A DNA stretch of 64,000 nucleotides from Blastocladiella emersonii ATCC 22665 (GCA_025594325.1 JANHCV010000017.1:124001-188000); one strand, 5' to 3'; counted from the first letter of the stretch, positions 21,551 through 34,714 are shown. Made by a program: numbers and translations. The notes: generated by a model not told the origin, from the sequence alone.

Positions 21551-22196
21551 TAGTTTGATACACCCTGCCCCCTTTCACCATTTTCTTTGCTGTCCCACGG
21601 TCAAACGGAGAGATGAATGAGCACGGAGACCGGTGTGCCGGCGGCCAGCGTGGGCGAGCGACCTCGGCGGTCGGCGGTCAGGCCGGCGGCCGGGTGGCGC
21701 TCCCGCACGTCCAGGTCCTGCCCCACCATGCTCCCCCTTCGTCACCGCTGATCCCCTCCCGCGTCGGCCTTTGCCAGCCCTGACTCGCTGCACTCTGTCC
21801 CCGCCTCCGTTGCACTGCGCTTTGTCCACTGCACACTGCCCACTGCCCACTCGCCTGCCCGCCCGCCCGCCGAGTTCGCCGCGCCAAGTGCCCGTGCGTG
21901 TCTACAACGCCTTCCCATCGCCGTCGTGGTTTCGGCACCCACTGACTGCTTCCTCCCCGAATCTGTATGAATCTGATCCGCGTATCGGCCCGTCGACACG
22001 GAATCTGCTTGCTGCGGCGCACGCTGCACCATGTGCGCAATGCGCGGGCTCGTGCACCACGCACCCATGGTTTGGCCTCGCCGCTTGCTCCCGCGGGAAA
22101 CGCTTTATGCACCGATGTCTGTGTGCGCGCCGTCCGCGACCGTGACTGGATTGAAACGATGCTGGCCCGGTTCCTTCATGCAGTACGCTCCCCACC

Positions 22197-25100
22197 ATGG
22201 CGGCTTCCCATGGCGGTGCCGCGTCAGCCGAGGGCTCCCTTGGGCCGGACGACCTTGGTGTCCCGTCTGCGCATCCAACCGCTGCGCCGCCGACCGCTGG
22301 CCCTTCCGCCTCCACCACCTTGGCCTCGCCTCCCCCGCTCTTGTCGACCGCGTCTGCCCCGGCTGTTCCGCTCGCCTCGCCGAGCCCCGCCGGTGGCACA
22401 CGTCGCTCCGATGCAATCAATCCTCGTCTTTCCCCGCACCCCGCGCGCGCCGGGTCTGCTGGGCCGCGGAGCGCTGGTCCTTGGCCTTCGTCCACCATCC
22501 CTGCAACCGTTGCTCCGCCTCCGCGCTACTCGCCTTTCTTCGTCGACTCCCCTCGACGCCACCCGTACCACCATCAGCGCCTGGCTCCGACACCGCCGTT
22601 GAGTGACGATTCCAGCATGCTTGCTCCGCCGGGCACAGCGAGAAATGCTTCACTGCCAAACGCTGCAACTGCTCGGCCTGCCGCGTCTGCACCGGGTGGT
22701 GCTCCCACTCGTACCCCCTTGGAGTCCATCAACGCCTTCAACGAGTTCTTTCCGGCTTGGCCCCACCATCCGCCCGAGCGAGCCTCGCGCCGAGTTTCTG
22801 GTGCGTCACTCTTTCTCTACCTTCATCTCCCACTCTCCTTCGTGTCGCTGATCTAATTGCTTCTCTGCGTAGACGATGCGACACCTGCAACTAGAGCTTC
22901 GAACAGGGCACTGGCAGGTTCGGCGTCTGCCGCCGCCTCTACCGCCTCTACCGCCTCGATGACGCTGCGCGTGGTCCAGCCCGCCTCGATCCTCGTTCCC
23001 AACTTCGCCGATTCGAGCCTTGTCCGGCTTTCCGGCGATCCCTTACCCGATGCGGCAGGAGGGGGCTCAATCGCACCGGCTGGCGACCGAGTCTTCCCGC
23101 CAACCGTCGCCGAAAAGCTCAGCAAAATGTCGTGGCGCATGCGCCGGAAGCTCGAGGCCCTTCCTCCTGACCAGGCATCCAGTCGCGCCCAGGACACGGA
23201 CCCAACTTCCCCCACCCCCGTTGGAGGTACTACTCCCGAACAGCCCCCGGTGATGCCAATTACGCACCTTGTCCACGGGTGGGGCGGGGCCGAGTTTGAA
23301 TCGGAGCCTAGCTTTACTGGCGCTCGAACCACTCGCAGCACTTGGCCATCTCGCCCGCCAGGGAGTTCTGCTGCTGCTTTCTCGAAACCAGCCTCGCGCT
23401 CAGCTTCACCCCGCCCATCCGCTTCGGGCGAGCATCCGATTCCGACCAACGCGCATGGTCCCGGTGGTCAGACTCCTGAACCATGTGTTGCCGCTTCGTG
23501 GCCGTCGCTTGCCCCTCGCGCTTCGCCACCAGCTTCAAGCCACGACCACCCTGCGGAACCGAATCCTATAACGCAAATTGGTTTCGCGCCTGCTCTTGGC
23601 GCGGGACTTCGTGCCAACGACGTGCCGCGCGCCGCACCCTCGCTCCAACAGCGCAACGTGGGTACACTCGGCTCATTTCCGTTGGAAGACTTTGATCCCT
23701 CTCGGCAAGCGCACGTTCGAGCCTTGCCAACATCTCGGCCCCACGGCAACTTCCTCGCAGGGCACCCAAGCGGAACTTTAGACATGGTGCAGGCTCCTCT
23801 CGGATCGCCCTCGTCAAGGTCAGCCAGATCGCTGTTAACTGCGCCTCTGGCATCGGTGTCATCGCCCAGCGCTGCGCCTAGTTGCTCCAGTATGCCCGGG
23901 CCCGCGGCGCCCATCCCTGGGGTGTCCGAATCACAGGGACGGCCGTTGACGACGACTTCACGCGTTGATTGCGTTCCCGCAGCACTGGCCTCCCCCAGCT
24001 CCACTGTCGCTCCCATTGCCGTCCCATCCCCGTCGCTCGCACACGGCACCTTGTCCGCGTCGCATGGCGACCCTGCGACCGCTTTTTCACCAAGCCAACA
24101 ACAGTTGTGGGCTGGGACGTGCCAGGATGACAAAGGGACTACCTCCTTGCCAGACCCGGAGCGATTGTATCATGGAGGAGTTGCGTGCACAGCGCCCGCC
24201 GGTACCAATCATTCTACTGGTAGCAACTTACCAAGCCCATCATCGCTTTCATTTGTCGATTCTGGGACGACGCCCACGCGCGCTCCAAGCAACGCGCACC
24301 TTGTTCGCAGGAGCTCTTCTACTTCCTTTGTGCTCACCAAACGGCCATCCATCAAACGTGGAGCTGCTGTTGCAGCCACAGCGCCACGGCAGTCTTTTGG
24401 ACGCGGCAGTACCCCGTCAGTACCTTCATCTCCGCTAGCACCGGGCTTCTCGTTCCCCGGACCAGCGCGTTTTTCAACATCAGCGTCTTCTACATCCGAG
24501 CGGAGTGCGGCCTCCTCGTTCCTTGCTCAGTTCAACAACGCGCAGGAGCTGCAATCGGCTGCTTTCGTTTCCCCAGGGCAGCTTCCAATTTCAGCGCCAA
24601 GCCAGCCGATGGCGGATTCTCTGCTCGCGTCCCCAAGCTCTGCACATCACGCTGTACCCCCTGCCGGTCCAACCCCTCCTACTAGCCCTTCCTTGACCTC
24701 ACAACCTTGGCATTTGACGCAATCACACCCTTGCGGTCCTTTCACGTCTGCCTCGTGGCCAAATGCGTTGAGGGCCATGGACGGCCAGCCGCCACCACCC
24801 TCGCCAGCTGCAAGCTTTCTCCTTCAACTGGGCGGAAGGGTAGGTCCGTCCGCCGCAGGCGGCGAGTCATCGTTCTTGGCCACGCGGATCTCGTCCGACT
24901 CCTCGCCCTCGATTGGGCCAAGTGTCCCAGCAGACAACACCGCATCAGGCAGCACAAGTTTGAAGGTAGCCAGCGACACAGCAAACGAGATGCCAAGCTG
25001 CGAGCCTACGTTTAGTGATTACGGCGCCAGTTTCCCCAGCGTGGCTGCAGATGCCGAGCCTGACGTGTTTGCGTCCGTGTGGGAGTCAGGGTTTCTTGTT

Positions 25101-26894
25101 GAGGAGGGCGACACCATTGAAGGGGGCTACGTGGTTGGTCGACCTCTTGGCTCTGGGGCAACCTCGACTGTCCACCTCGCAACGCGGACACATCCAGAGA
25201 CTGGGCAAAAGTGGCAATACGCGCTGAAAGTGGTCGTTGACAAATCGAAGCTCCCGCTTGGCGTTGCTCCACCCGCTGCGATGCACGACGTCCGATTTAC
25301 CAGCGACTCGGGCGCGGTTGGCCCAGGCGTTGGGATTGCACCTCGTACCGATTGCGACGGTCCACCCGGCAGTCCTTCAATGGACCCGTACACGCAACTT
25401 GAGCACGAGATCTCAATCTGGCAACGGCTTCAACATCCTTCGATAGTGAAACTCGTCGACTGCGTGATCACACCAGAGTGTGCGTTTGTTTTCGCGGAAC
25501 TTATGAATGACGGCAGCGCGCTGGAACTGGTCAACGGCTGGGGGCGCCTCGTGCGGGAAACGGGCGTGTGGGACCTCCCTGCGCTCCTTCTTGCAGATGA
25601 CGCCGCTCAACTCCCAAGCCCGCTGGCATTGCTGCAAGCCCAAGCTGGCACGGAACCCCTCAATTTCGCCCTACTCGCTTCTCCGCGGCCATGGAGCGCT
25701 CCAGCCCCCGCTGCCTATGCGGCTCCAGATCAGCCTGGTTGCTCAGGGCTTCCCGAGGTGTGGGTGCGGCGAATTGCTCGACAACTCATGCAAGCTATTG
25801 ACTACCTCCACCGCTCTGTTGGCGTCGTCCACAGAGACATTAAGCTTGAAAACTCGCTTGTGCGACTGGCATACGCGACTGGCTACTCGATGTACCTCGT
25901 TGAGGATGGTGGCGGCGCAGATTCTCGCATCGAAGTTCCCCTGGCCCTTGCGTCAGCATGGATCTCCTCTGGCCAGTTTGTGTCATTGACCGCATCTCAG
26001 ACAGCACCACAGCGCGTTTGGGAATCGCGACTTGATGACTTGGTTTCTGGCGAGCCACGTACACTGCGTCTTCATTGTCACCCTTCGAGAAAGCTCATTG
26101 ATATTCACGTAAAACTCACCGATTTCGGGCTTAGCGAGACGATTGCAAGCGCACGTGGTCAATTGGACTGGTGCGGCGGCTCGCTTGAATACTGTCCTCC
26201 CGAATCATTCGACCCAGTTCCAAACAATCTTTCAGATGACCCTCAGCTTTCGTCGCGCTACATTCTCGGCCGTGATGTGTGGGCCTTCGGTGTACTCGTC
26301 TACGGGCTTCTTTGCGGACGGCTCCCCTTCAACGATTCGTTCGAGCCCCGCCTTGTTATGAAGATCCGCGACTACTCTGCTCTCCTCCCAGCGACACCTC
26401 CCGACCCAGCACTTCCTGCACTCTGCGCAGCATCCGGATTCCGTTCCAAGTCTGCATTCTCAACTCGGCCCCTCCGTCCACACAGCCAAGGCCAATTGGA
26501 AGCCTTCAGCCAAATTGAGTGGCAACAGATCGAACGCATGACCACCGACTCCATGGCCGCTTCAGACAGGGCACTTGCCCTCGCCGCAGTGCCGCTTGGT
26601 GCGCATGCTGGACTCGCACTTGGCGTGGACGGCGATGGTGGCGAAGACGACCCAAGCAGAGCGACTGCAACAAATCCCGTTTCTCTCGTCTACCTGCCCG
26701 ACCAGTTAGCTCGGATGATCCCAGAGCCAGGTCCACTCTGGTGGTCGACAAACTTTCAACTAACTCATGGCAGCGGGCGCAGCAGCGTCAAGGTCTCTCC
26801 TATGCTCTACGCGCTCCTCCGCGACATTTTTGCCAGTTGGGAGTGTCGGAAAACAGGCTCTGATATTCTGAGCGATACGTGGATGAAAATATAG
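22197..26894 (+). CDS. Ser/Thr protein kinase (CAMK-like group) with ~950-aa low-complexity N-terminus; join(22197..22800,22873..26894), 1541 aa
   Basis: caccATGG start and a 72-nt intron. Motifs LGSGATSTV, YALK, EHEISIWQRLQHPSIVKL, HRDIKLEN, VKLTDFG, GSLEYCPPE, DVWAFGVLVYGLLCGRLPF. Confidence 0.9.
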
Positions 26895-27129
26895 TATGCG
26901 CCCTCTAGCGACGCTTCGCTCCAAATGGTATCTGGGCGGCGAGGGAATGTTGTAACAGCAATCAAACACTGTCGACACAAAGACTTTGCGGCACATGCAT
27001 TGATGGCCGCCCATTGTACTCGCTCATTGCTTCTTACACGATGGTCCTTGAAACTGATTTTCCCGTCCTGTGCTGTACGCTTACCACCCTACTCGGGGTG
27101 TGTGCGTTGCACACTCTGTCTCAGCAGTA

Positions 27130-30100
27130 GGCGACTAGACTGGCTAGCACTTGCTGGAGGCGGAGAAGCTTGGCGTTGATGCTTAGTGCTTGGTGGACGC
27201 GTTGAAGCATCGGCCAAAGTAATGCGACGACGTACAGCCTGTTGATCTTTCGCGTCATGACGACGCGCGCGCCAGCAAACAGCTTGAGAGTCGACGGGAT
27301 GTGGTCCGTCTTGCTGAGGGAAGCAGTTTCGCGAAGTCGAGCATGCACCGATCGCTGTCGCTCTGACCGCTGCTCTCAATGACGAGCTGCCGCCAAATGA
27401 GCAGTCCAGTTGCCGAGGGCTTGCGGACGAGATCGATGCAAGCAAGGTCAAAGATCTCATCAGGCTGGAGCCCGAGACGCGCGCGTGTTTCGCGGCGGCC
27501 ATCGTGTTCCACGCGTCACGCACCGAGTTCTGCGCCGTGATGAGGACCTGGTCGCTCCAATTGTCGAGCTGGTCTGGGTCCTGGCCAAGCACGACGTCTG
27601 CTCGGCGCGAGCCGAGCTGCTCCATCACGCGCTGCAAGACGTTGCAGTTGCGCACTGGAGCACGTCGAGGAATCCCGCGTCGCCCGACTGCCGCATCTGC
27701 TGGACGAGGAAGAAGACTGAGTCGAAGGCGAGCCACTGATCGCGACCAATGTTGGCGTCGGTTCGAATTCTGCTGACCGCTGGCCGCTCCTTGCGCTTGG
27801 ACGCGCGCTTCTTCTGCTGCTGCTGAGGCTCGCCGTCGACCTGCATCGATTCTCCATCATATGCTGCATCCCCCTCGGGTTCGGGTGCGCGTTCGACCAG
27901 CTGCTCGGATGGAGCCGTGAGCGAGCAGGCCATGACGGGCTCGGACTTGAAACAGTCGCCACACGCGAGGACGTGCAGGCCGCCAAACGGGCGATGGCGC
28001 GGCTCGGGTACAGCGCGTCGAAGCGGGAGTGCACCACGGCGAAAAGCTCGGCACCGACCAGGAGATCTCGTCAATGAGGACAAACTTGACGGAGCGGAAC
28101 GAGCCCTCGAGCTCGGCCTTGGCTTTGTCGATCGTCGGCTTGGTCGCCGAGACGACGGTGCCGATACCGCACATGGCGTGGTTCGTGGAGCCGCCGATGG
28201 GCGCCGCGGCTACGCCGGTAGGCGCGCAGATCTTGAGCTAGAGTTGCCGCTGAACAGAACCGTCCACGGCGGTGCGCGGTATTGTGGGGGGGGGGGGGAA
28301 ATCCTGTTCCAGTATCGCAAATTTCGCGAATTTTTGTAGACGGGCGGTACCGGTTTGAAAAAAATTCGGAGCCTTCACGGACGGTTTTTTGGAGGCCCGG
28401 TATCGGTATTCCATCATGAAGACATGCTAACGGTGCGCGTCCAAGCACTTTGGCCGATTCCCATGGCACGGGCTACTTCGAGCTTCACGCACATGTTCGA
28501 TACCTTCTACAGCTGGTTTTGTTAGTCGAGTTTTGTTTTCCTCAAGGCCACACCCGTATATTTTTCGAGTTTTCAGTCCCTTTCAGAGATTTATTCAATG
28601 AAAAGTTGCTAATGCAAAGGTATTCTAACAGGTGCAGGCGGTATAGGCAGTTTGGGTCTTGTAGGGAGCGGTTCTGGTTTTTCAACTTTTCATGCGGCCC
28701 GCGGGCGGTTTTTTAGGGCCCGGTGCGGGTTTTTGACTCCTGTTCAAACGTGTTCTGAATCGCGGTATCGGTATTGACAATTTAGAAAGGGAGCGGTTGC
28801 GGTATTGAATTATCTGAGGAATTCAGGCAACCCTATCTTGAGCCACGAACTGCTGCCCTTGGCGACGAACATGTCGCGGATCGAGTTAATGACGTGACTC
28901 TTGCCCGTGCCCGCCTCGCCGTGGACGAGCATGAGGAGCTGCTCAATGTCAGCGTCGCCGCGCTTGATGGCATTTAGCGTCGACTCGACGTGCTCGACAA
29001 CGCGGCGCTGCTCGATGTTGAGCCCTTGAAGGTACGGAGCGAGTTGCTCCTGTCGCGCGAGCTGCACCCGGACGGCTAGCGGTGTGACACCGCCGTCTGC
29101 TTGAACAAGTCGAGCGCGAGGTGGCTCCGCCGAGCGTTCTGCAGCAAACCGACGGGCATCATCGTCGGTCTTCCTGGCCAGATCGGCGTAGTTGGCGAGT
29201 TGCGCGAACCACGCCGGATCCGAGTCGACCTTGAGCAGCTGCTGGCGAAGCTCGAGTGGCAGAGCAGGCACGGGCGCGTTCAAGTTTGAGAGCAGTCCGT
29301 AGTGTACTGCCGACATGAGGAGCATGGCCGCGTGCTGGTCGTTCTGCGAGATGATCGACAGGATCTCGTGCAGGAAAGCGTCGTTGCCGTGAGCTTCTTG
29401 CGCGATGCCGACGGGCATGATCTCACCGTCAGCCTCGTCGTCGTTACCCATGCCAGTACCGCCGGCGCGTCAAAGGTCGACCTGCTTGGGCGTCACGCTA
29501 TTGTCAGCCTCGGAATCGGCGATGAGCTTTCCGGGCGACGTGTTCACGTAGTCGCGGAAGTTGTTGGTCCACCGGAGCCTGTCGCTGCCCTGCTCGGGCT
29601 TGTTCTTGAAGAGATCGAGCGTCTGCGACCACGTCTCGCCGCGAGCCGGGGCCACCTCGGTGATGGCGCGGAACGGCTTGAACAAGATCATGGAGATCAT
29701 GGCGCGCGACTTGGTGCTACCAATATGGGACGACTGGCTGGCCTGTTTGTTGAATAGCGGCACGGGAACGCCTTGGTCGCGCGCATCGCCACAATGAGCT
29801 TGCCGATTGCAGGATGCGTCTCGCGGAACTTGTGCCGCACCTCTGCCGTCGTTGGCATCGTCGTCAGGCACGGACTGCTGCGAGCGGTCCGTTGCGGACT
29901 TGATGGGCTCCACGCGACAGCACCAGATAAAGTCGTAGAGCGACTCGAGCTCGCTGGGTCGGTGCATGTAGCGGTCGGCGATCGTGACCTTGTCAGTGAT
30001 TGGGCGGTTCGAAAACGTGATTTGCTGCTCCTCGTCGTCGATTTCGTCGTCGTTGCGGATCAGGTCGAGCGCGAGCTGCTGGCCGCTGGTCTCACGCGAG

Positions 30101-30357
30101 GTTGTGGAGGGGTTGACGAGGCCGCGCAGAACGGAGCCGACCGGGAGCGGGAGCGGGAGCGGCTCCCCCAAGTTGAGCTCGCGCTGACGCAGCTTCCTGG
30201 CGTGCTCTAGGAGGGCGTACGTGTTGTACAAAGACGGCGGCACCTTGGAGACGTAATTGGTGATGTAGTAGACGACGTTGGCGGGGTTGGCGGCCTTCAT
30301 GACGTGGTTCTTGAGGTTCGAGTGTCTTGAGGTCGCCAAGTTCGAGTTCAGCTGCAA
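27130..30357 (-). mobile_element. Degenerate Helitron-type Rep/Pif1 helicase
   Basis: Rep C-terminal YYITNYVSK, ETSGQQL, YMHRPSELESLYDF. Helicase HGEAGTGKS (Walker A), APTGVAAAPIGGSTNH, VLIDEIS (Walker B), PFGGLHVLACGD, FFLVQQMRQSGD..FL, LFAGARVV. Broken by stops, frameshifts and an insertion. Confidence 0.88.
28239..28835. mobile_element. 597-bp non-autonomous hAT-like element (MITE)
   Basis: Ends TAGAGTTGCC / GGCAACCCTA (TIR, one mismatch). 8-bp TSD TCTTGAGC at 28231-28238 and 28836-28843. Removing it restores the helicase frame SSWLKICAPTG. Subterminal CGGTAT repeats. Confidence 0.88.
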
Positions 30358-30699
30358 TCAAGGCGAAGCGGAGAGAAGTCAGCAAGCCGCGGAAGGATGA
30401 AGAGTTCTGAAAATTCTCTCATATGTCCATGAGCCGCGGAAGGACGAATATTGTAAAGTCTCAAAAAAGATTAATGCTGAAGAAAAGTAAAGCTGAATCA
30501 GTAGTCTTCGAAGGAGCAGTGATGGAAAGTAGGCGAGAAAACGTAGGTGAGCTAAATCGGTCGAGACTTGGCAGGATATGCTCTCTATGAAATCAGATTC
30601 ATTGCATAGAGTGGTAGGGTAGATCTCATTAAAGGATTTAGAGAAAATTGAGCAAAAGATAATCCGAGCGCGACCACGACGCGTCGCGACGCGTAGTGA

Positions 30700-32978
30700 T
30701 TGGAGTGGCAGGAAAGTCACGCGCCCGAAATACCCCAGCTTGAGCGCGAGTTCAGCTCCACAGGCCTGCAGTGGGTGCGACTTTGTCACCCCGATCCCTG
30801 CTCGCTCGCCTTCCGGCAAGGAGTACAGCGTGGTCCCGCGCTTCATGCGGGGCCGGGGAAGATGCTGACACTACGCAAAGCTGGCGCCTGCTGCGGGTGC
30901 GCACCCAGTGGACGCCCGCGCCGACCTGGCCGCGCTTCGGCTGATCGACCTCTCGACGCTCTCTGATCCAGTGGAGTTCGCGCGCCTCGCGCTCTCGCTC
31001 GAGCTTCCCGAGGACTTTGTGGGCGTTGGCTCGGGCGAGATCTTCTCGGACAGCTCGCTCAAGGGCGCGGGCACCGAGGCCGTGGCTGCTGGTGCAGGCG
31101 TCTGCACAGTCGACCGCGAGGAGGACTTTGAGTGGAGCTTCGCAGTCCCTGCCGGCAACCACTCAAGTTTCCGGTCCGAGCTCTGGGGCGTCATTGCGGC
31201 TGCCTCGGTGGCCAGACGCGGGCCTCGCTCACCATCACTTTGGACAACAAGGGTGTGGTCGACACCGCGGTCAAGATGCTTGCGCCCAGCGCGCGCGTCA
31301 AGATCCGCGCAACGTGCTCGCTGGAATGGGCCGTGCTCCGTTGGATCGTGGAGGCGCGCAACCTCAAGATAGCTTTGCAGTGGACGCCCGGGCACGCCGG
31401 CACCAAGGGCAACGAGGTGGCGGACGGCCTGGCCAACGCAGGAACGCAGCCCGGCGTCGCCCCCCTCGCCATCAACCCGGCAATCCGCCGGCTCTTTGAT
31501 GCGCCCTTCACGGTGATGTGGCGCGGCCAGGCCATCAACACGGACCCGCGACGCTTCGCGCGAGGCCTCAACAACGCGCGGCACAGCGCCGTGCTGGCGA
31601 CTGTGACCGCGGCCGGCGTCACGCGCGCTCCCGTCGACATCCCCGCGACCGCGATCGTGCTGCGCGGCGGGCCCCGTCGCGTCCGCGGCAGCGAGTCCTT
31701 CTCGGCGAACGCGACCCTGAGCTTCCAGCTCAAGGCCCTCGCCGGCCAGCTGCCCACATGCCTTCGCTTGCACTCGTGGTGGCCGCACCGCTACCCGTCC
31801 GAGGACTGCGTGGAGTGCTTGGCCCTCGGCCACTCCATACCTGACACGCAGGCGCATTTCTTCGCGTGCCCGGCCTCGCTGGCCCGTGTGCCCGAGGCTG
31901 CGGAGGCGGCCTTCCCTTATGTCGCCGGCGCTCTCAAAACGATCGACGACGACACACACGCTGACCCCACGCTGCGCAGGGCTGCGCGCGAGATGATCAT
32001 GGAGCTTCTGCGCGACGGCCGCATTGAGCGCACCGCAGCAGGCCTGGTGGACTCGTCGCTTGTCGGCTGGTTCCGCAGATCCTACGGTCACATGCGGGGC
32101 TTCCCGTCCGCCCGGCTAGCACTCTCCGCTGCAGCGGCTGCCTACTCGACCGCGATCCGCAAGGCAGTGTGGCTGCCCCGGTGCCGGGCGGTGGCCGAGG
32201 CCTCGCCAGTCGTGCACGGCCCGGCGTTGCCGCCGCCCGCCCGGCCTGATCCGCCGCCGCCGCGGCGGGAGCCCCTCACCCGCGCGAAGCGCGCGGCCGA
32301 TGGCTACGCACCGTGCTGTCTTGCCCCGTTCGCTGACCCTGACGATGGGTGCTGCGCCGCGGGAAACCCGCGGCGAAAGGCAGTGGCCCTCGCTGACGCA
32401 GCGGTGGCCTGCCGACACAACGGCGGAACCCTCGCTGCGCACCCGGCCCTCCGACCAGCATTGGGGATCCCCGTCAACGACGACGGCTCCCCGCTGACCG
32501 TCGGGGCGGCCCTGACCCTTTTTGACCCCCTGCATGGCTCGTGGATCGACGCCCGCGTCGCCCCGCGACTCGGCGACTGGCAAGTCACTGAGGACCCTGG
32601 CTTCCCGCCAGGGCCGCCGTAGCGCATCCCTGCACCACCGGGCGCGTCTGGACTAGCCCTAGTCTAGCTCGCGCCTGGAGGGTGTGCGGCGACATGCGCT
32701 GAGCTGCGGGGCACGCCCACACGCTCCGCTACCGCCAGGTGGATCGAGATTTGGGGCAGCCGGGTTGGAGGGTTCTCGGCTTCGGGCCGGTCTCCCTGCC
32801 AGCCTCCCTGCCTCCGCGCGCGCCCAGCCCCATAGGTTTTTCTCCTATTGTACTGCCGTTCGTGAGCTCTGTTTGGTGACTGTGTGGTGACGATGAGTCG
32901 TTTTTTGTCTTTCCTTTGCAATTTTCCTCCTCTAGCACGTGAATACACCTGGGCGAATTTTCAAAAAAAAAAAAAAAA
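30700..32978 (+). mobile_element. 5'-truncated LINE (family B): RNase H + C-terminal Cys/His motif + putative poly(A)
   Basis: RNase H motifs IFSDSS, SSFRSEL, TLDN, WTPGHAG..GNEVAD, split by a frameshift near 31230. CVEC..HFFAC motif. A16 at 32963-32978. Boundaries approximate. Confidence 0.75.
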
Positions 32979-33279
32979 TCCCCGGTCGACGCGCGGCTTG
33001 TCGCAATCATGTCACGGCCCGTTGGCCCAAAACTCAAGGACTTCAAGGGGACCCACACACTCGCCTTTGGCCTGAAGACCATGAAAAGTGACGTGCAGCA
33101 ATATCTGCCTGACGGACGCGCGTGCAACGATGGCGAGATCAATGCTCCCATGGGCACGGGCATGGTAGATGGATCTACATGCATCGACTCTAGTACTTTC
33201 CGGACACTCCGCTTATCATATTAGCTTACTTCTCAACCAGCTCACGCTCATCGCAGCGGATACTCGGCTTGACCTTCTT

Positions 33280-33522
33280 CCTCTCCATCTCAATCACGTC
33301 ATCCAAAGTCTCACACGTCCCCGCATCCACGGCGGCTCACGCGCGGCGCACTACTACAGCCGCGAGATCCGCGCCCGAGTACCCGTCCATCCCTTTTGCG
33401 ACCAGGCCCACGTCAATCTCGACCGCCTTCCCGCTCGTCGCGCGGCGCACCAGCACTGTAAAGCCTTTCCCCCGCTCGTCCGCCAACGGCGGGCTGACGT
33501 AGACGTGCACATCGCTCACGTC
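33280..33522 (-). pseudogene. AAA+ ATPase C-terminal (lid) fragment
   Basis: VYVSPP...ER...VL..IDVGLVAKGMDGYSGADLAAVV followed by an in-frame TGA; no Walker motifs nearby. Confidence 0.7.
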
Positions 33523-33614
33523 TCATGAATCAGACAAAATACGAACTTCGAGGCAATCAATTCGAAAGAAACTGAAGACGTGTGTTAAATCAACGACAAA
33601 CAACAAAACTCAAA

Positions 33615-34714
33615 CTAGTCCACGGTGGAGGGGTACGCGGGATATAGCGGCAACAGGAGGGCATGCTGCAGCTCCGCCTTGATGCAATCGAACGCTGCGG
33701 CTGCGGCGGGATCAAGCGGCGGCCGAGCGGTCGGCGAGCACTGCAACGTGCCATGGCAAAAGTCAAGGTACTCGCCGATCGCGTCCGCATTCTCGGCAAC
33801 GCACGAGATGACAGGAAGCTTCTGCCCGGCCAGCCGGCAGTACGCATCCTCAGCCGACTTGACCAGTTTGCGCACCCGTTCCGCTCGGAAACGCGAAGCA
33901 GCAGTTGCAGATTTGGGTGAAACCATTGGTGGAACGTGCACAAGATGAACCTCGAGCGCGGGCGTAATGTTTTTCGACTTGCCCTGTGGCGGGAGGATGA
34001 CTGAGCGGTGGAGAAAAAGTATAGAAATCGTCCCGCGGGGGTTGGGCGCTGCAAGCCTGACAACGCACGAACGATTCGTGCCAATAAAGTGATCAAAAAC
34101 CTGCTTGATCATCAGCTTGAGCGCAAGGGCATTCCACGCGCCGAATCCAGCGCCACCCGCGGGCGGTGCACGAGGCACGACGGCAGACTGCGCGCCGCGT
34201 GGCCACTCGCGGAGTGTGAACATTCCCTTGAGCGTCTCGAAAGCGGCGGCGCGCAAGAACTCGGAATCGGGAACGGCCATCTTGGCCACAAGGCGCGGGA
34301 CCACGGGGCCAAGTCCAAGGGTTGTAATAACGGCCGCTGCAGACTTTTTCAAGAGAACGCTCACAATACGCGATTGGCGGTCGATTGCGACGTTCGTGGC
34401 GCGAGCAGAGTACGGCAGCTGGAACGTAAGCACCTTCCCGTCGACAAGCAGCGCAACTGCACCCCGGTACTGGGCGAGGTCGCGGTCAGGCGCGGGCTTG
34501 ACGGTAACTTTCGCGCGGCCGCGCGGGAGGCTGAGCACAAGTTCCGCATTGTAGTCATAGTCGAAGTTCGAGTCGTCATGATCCGCGTCAACGAGCTCGA
34601 TAACGGGCAGAGACAACAGTCCGCGAGGTAAGGGTCGAGCAGCGGACGCGCCGTAGTCAATGATGCCCTGGATCCCGCGCCGGGCGTCTGACACGGCAAC
34701 GGTCGTGACCGCGA
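33615..34714 (-). pseudogene. 5'-truncated host-like gene fragment (~365 codons), loosely resembling the C-terminal region of fungal DUF4470/MYND proteins
   Basis: Long protein-like open frame without its own ATG that runs into the satellite-derived segment at 34715. The family resemblance (FQLPY..VAIDRQSRIVSV; WN..LK..IKQVF) is weak and from memory. Confidence 0.4.

Noticed and set aside
26900-27150. Helitron 3' terminus (hairpin + CTAG)
   Set aside because: CTAG occurs at 26905, 27135 and 27144, but no convincing upstream hairpin was found.
33009-33224. 71-aa ORF after the A16 tract
   Set aside because: Short, no motif recognised, and lies in TE debris.
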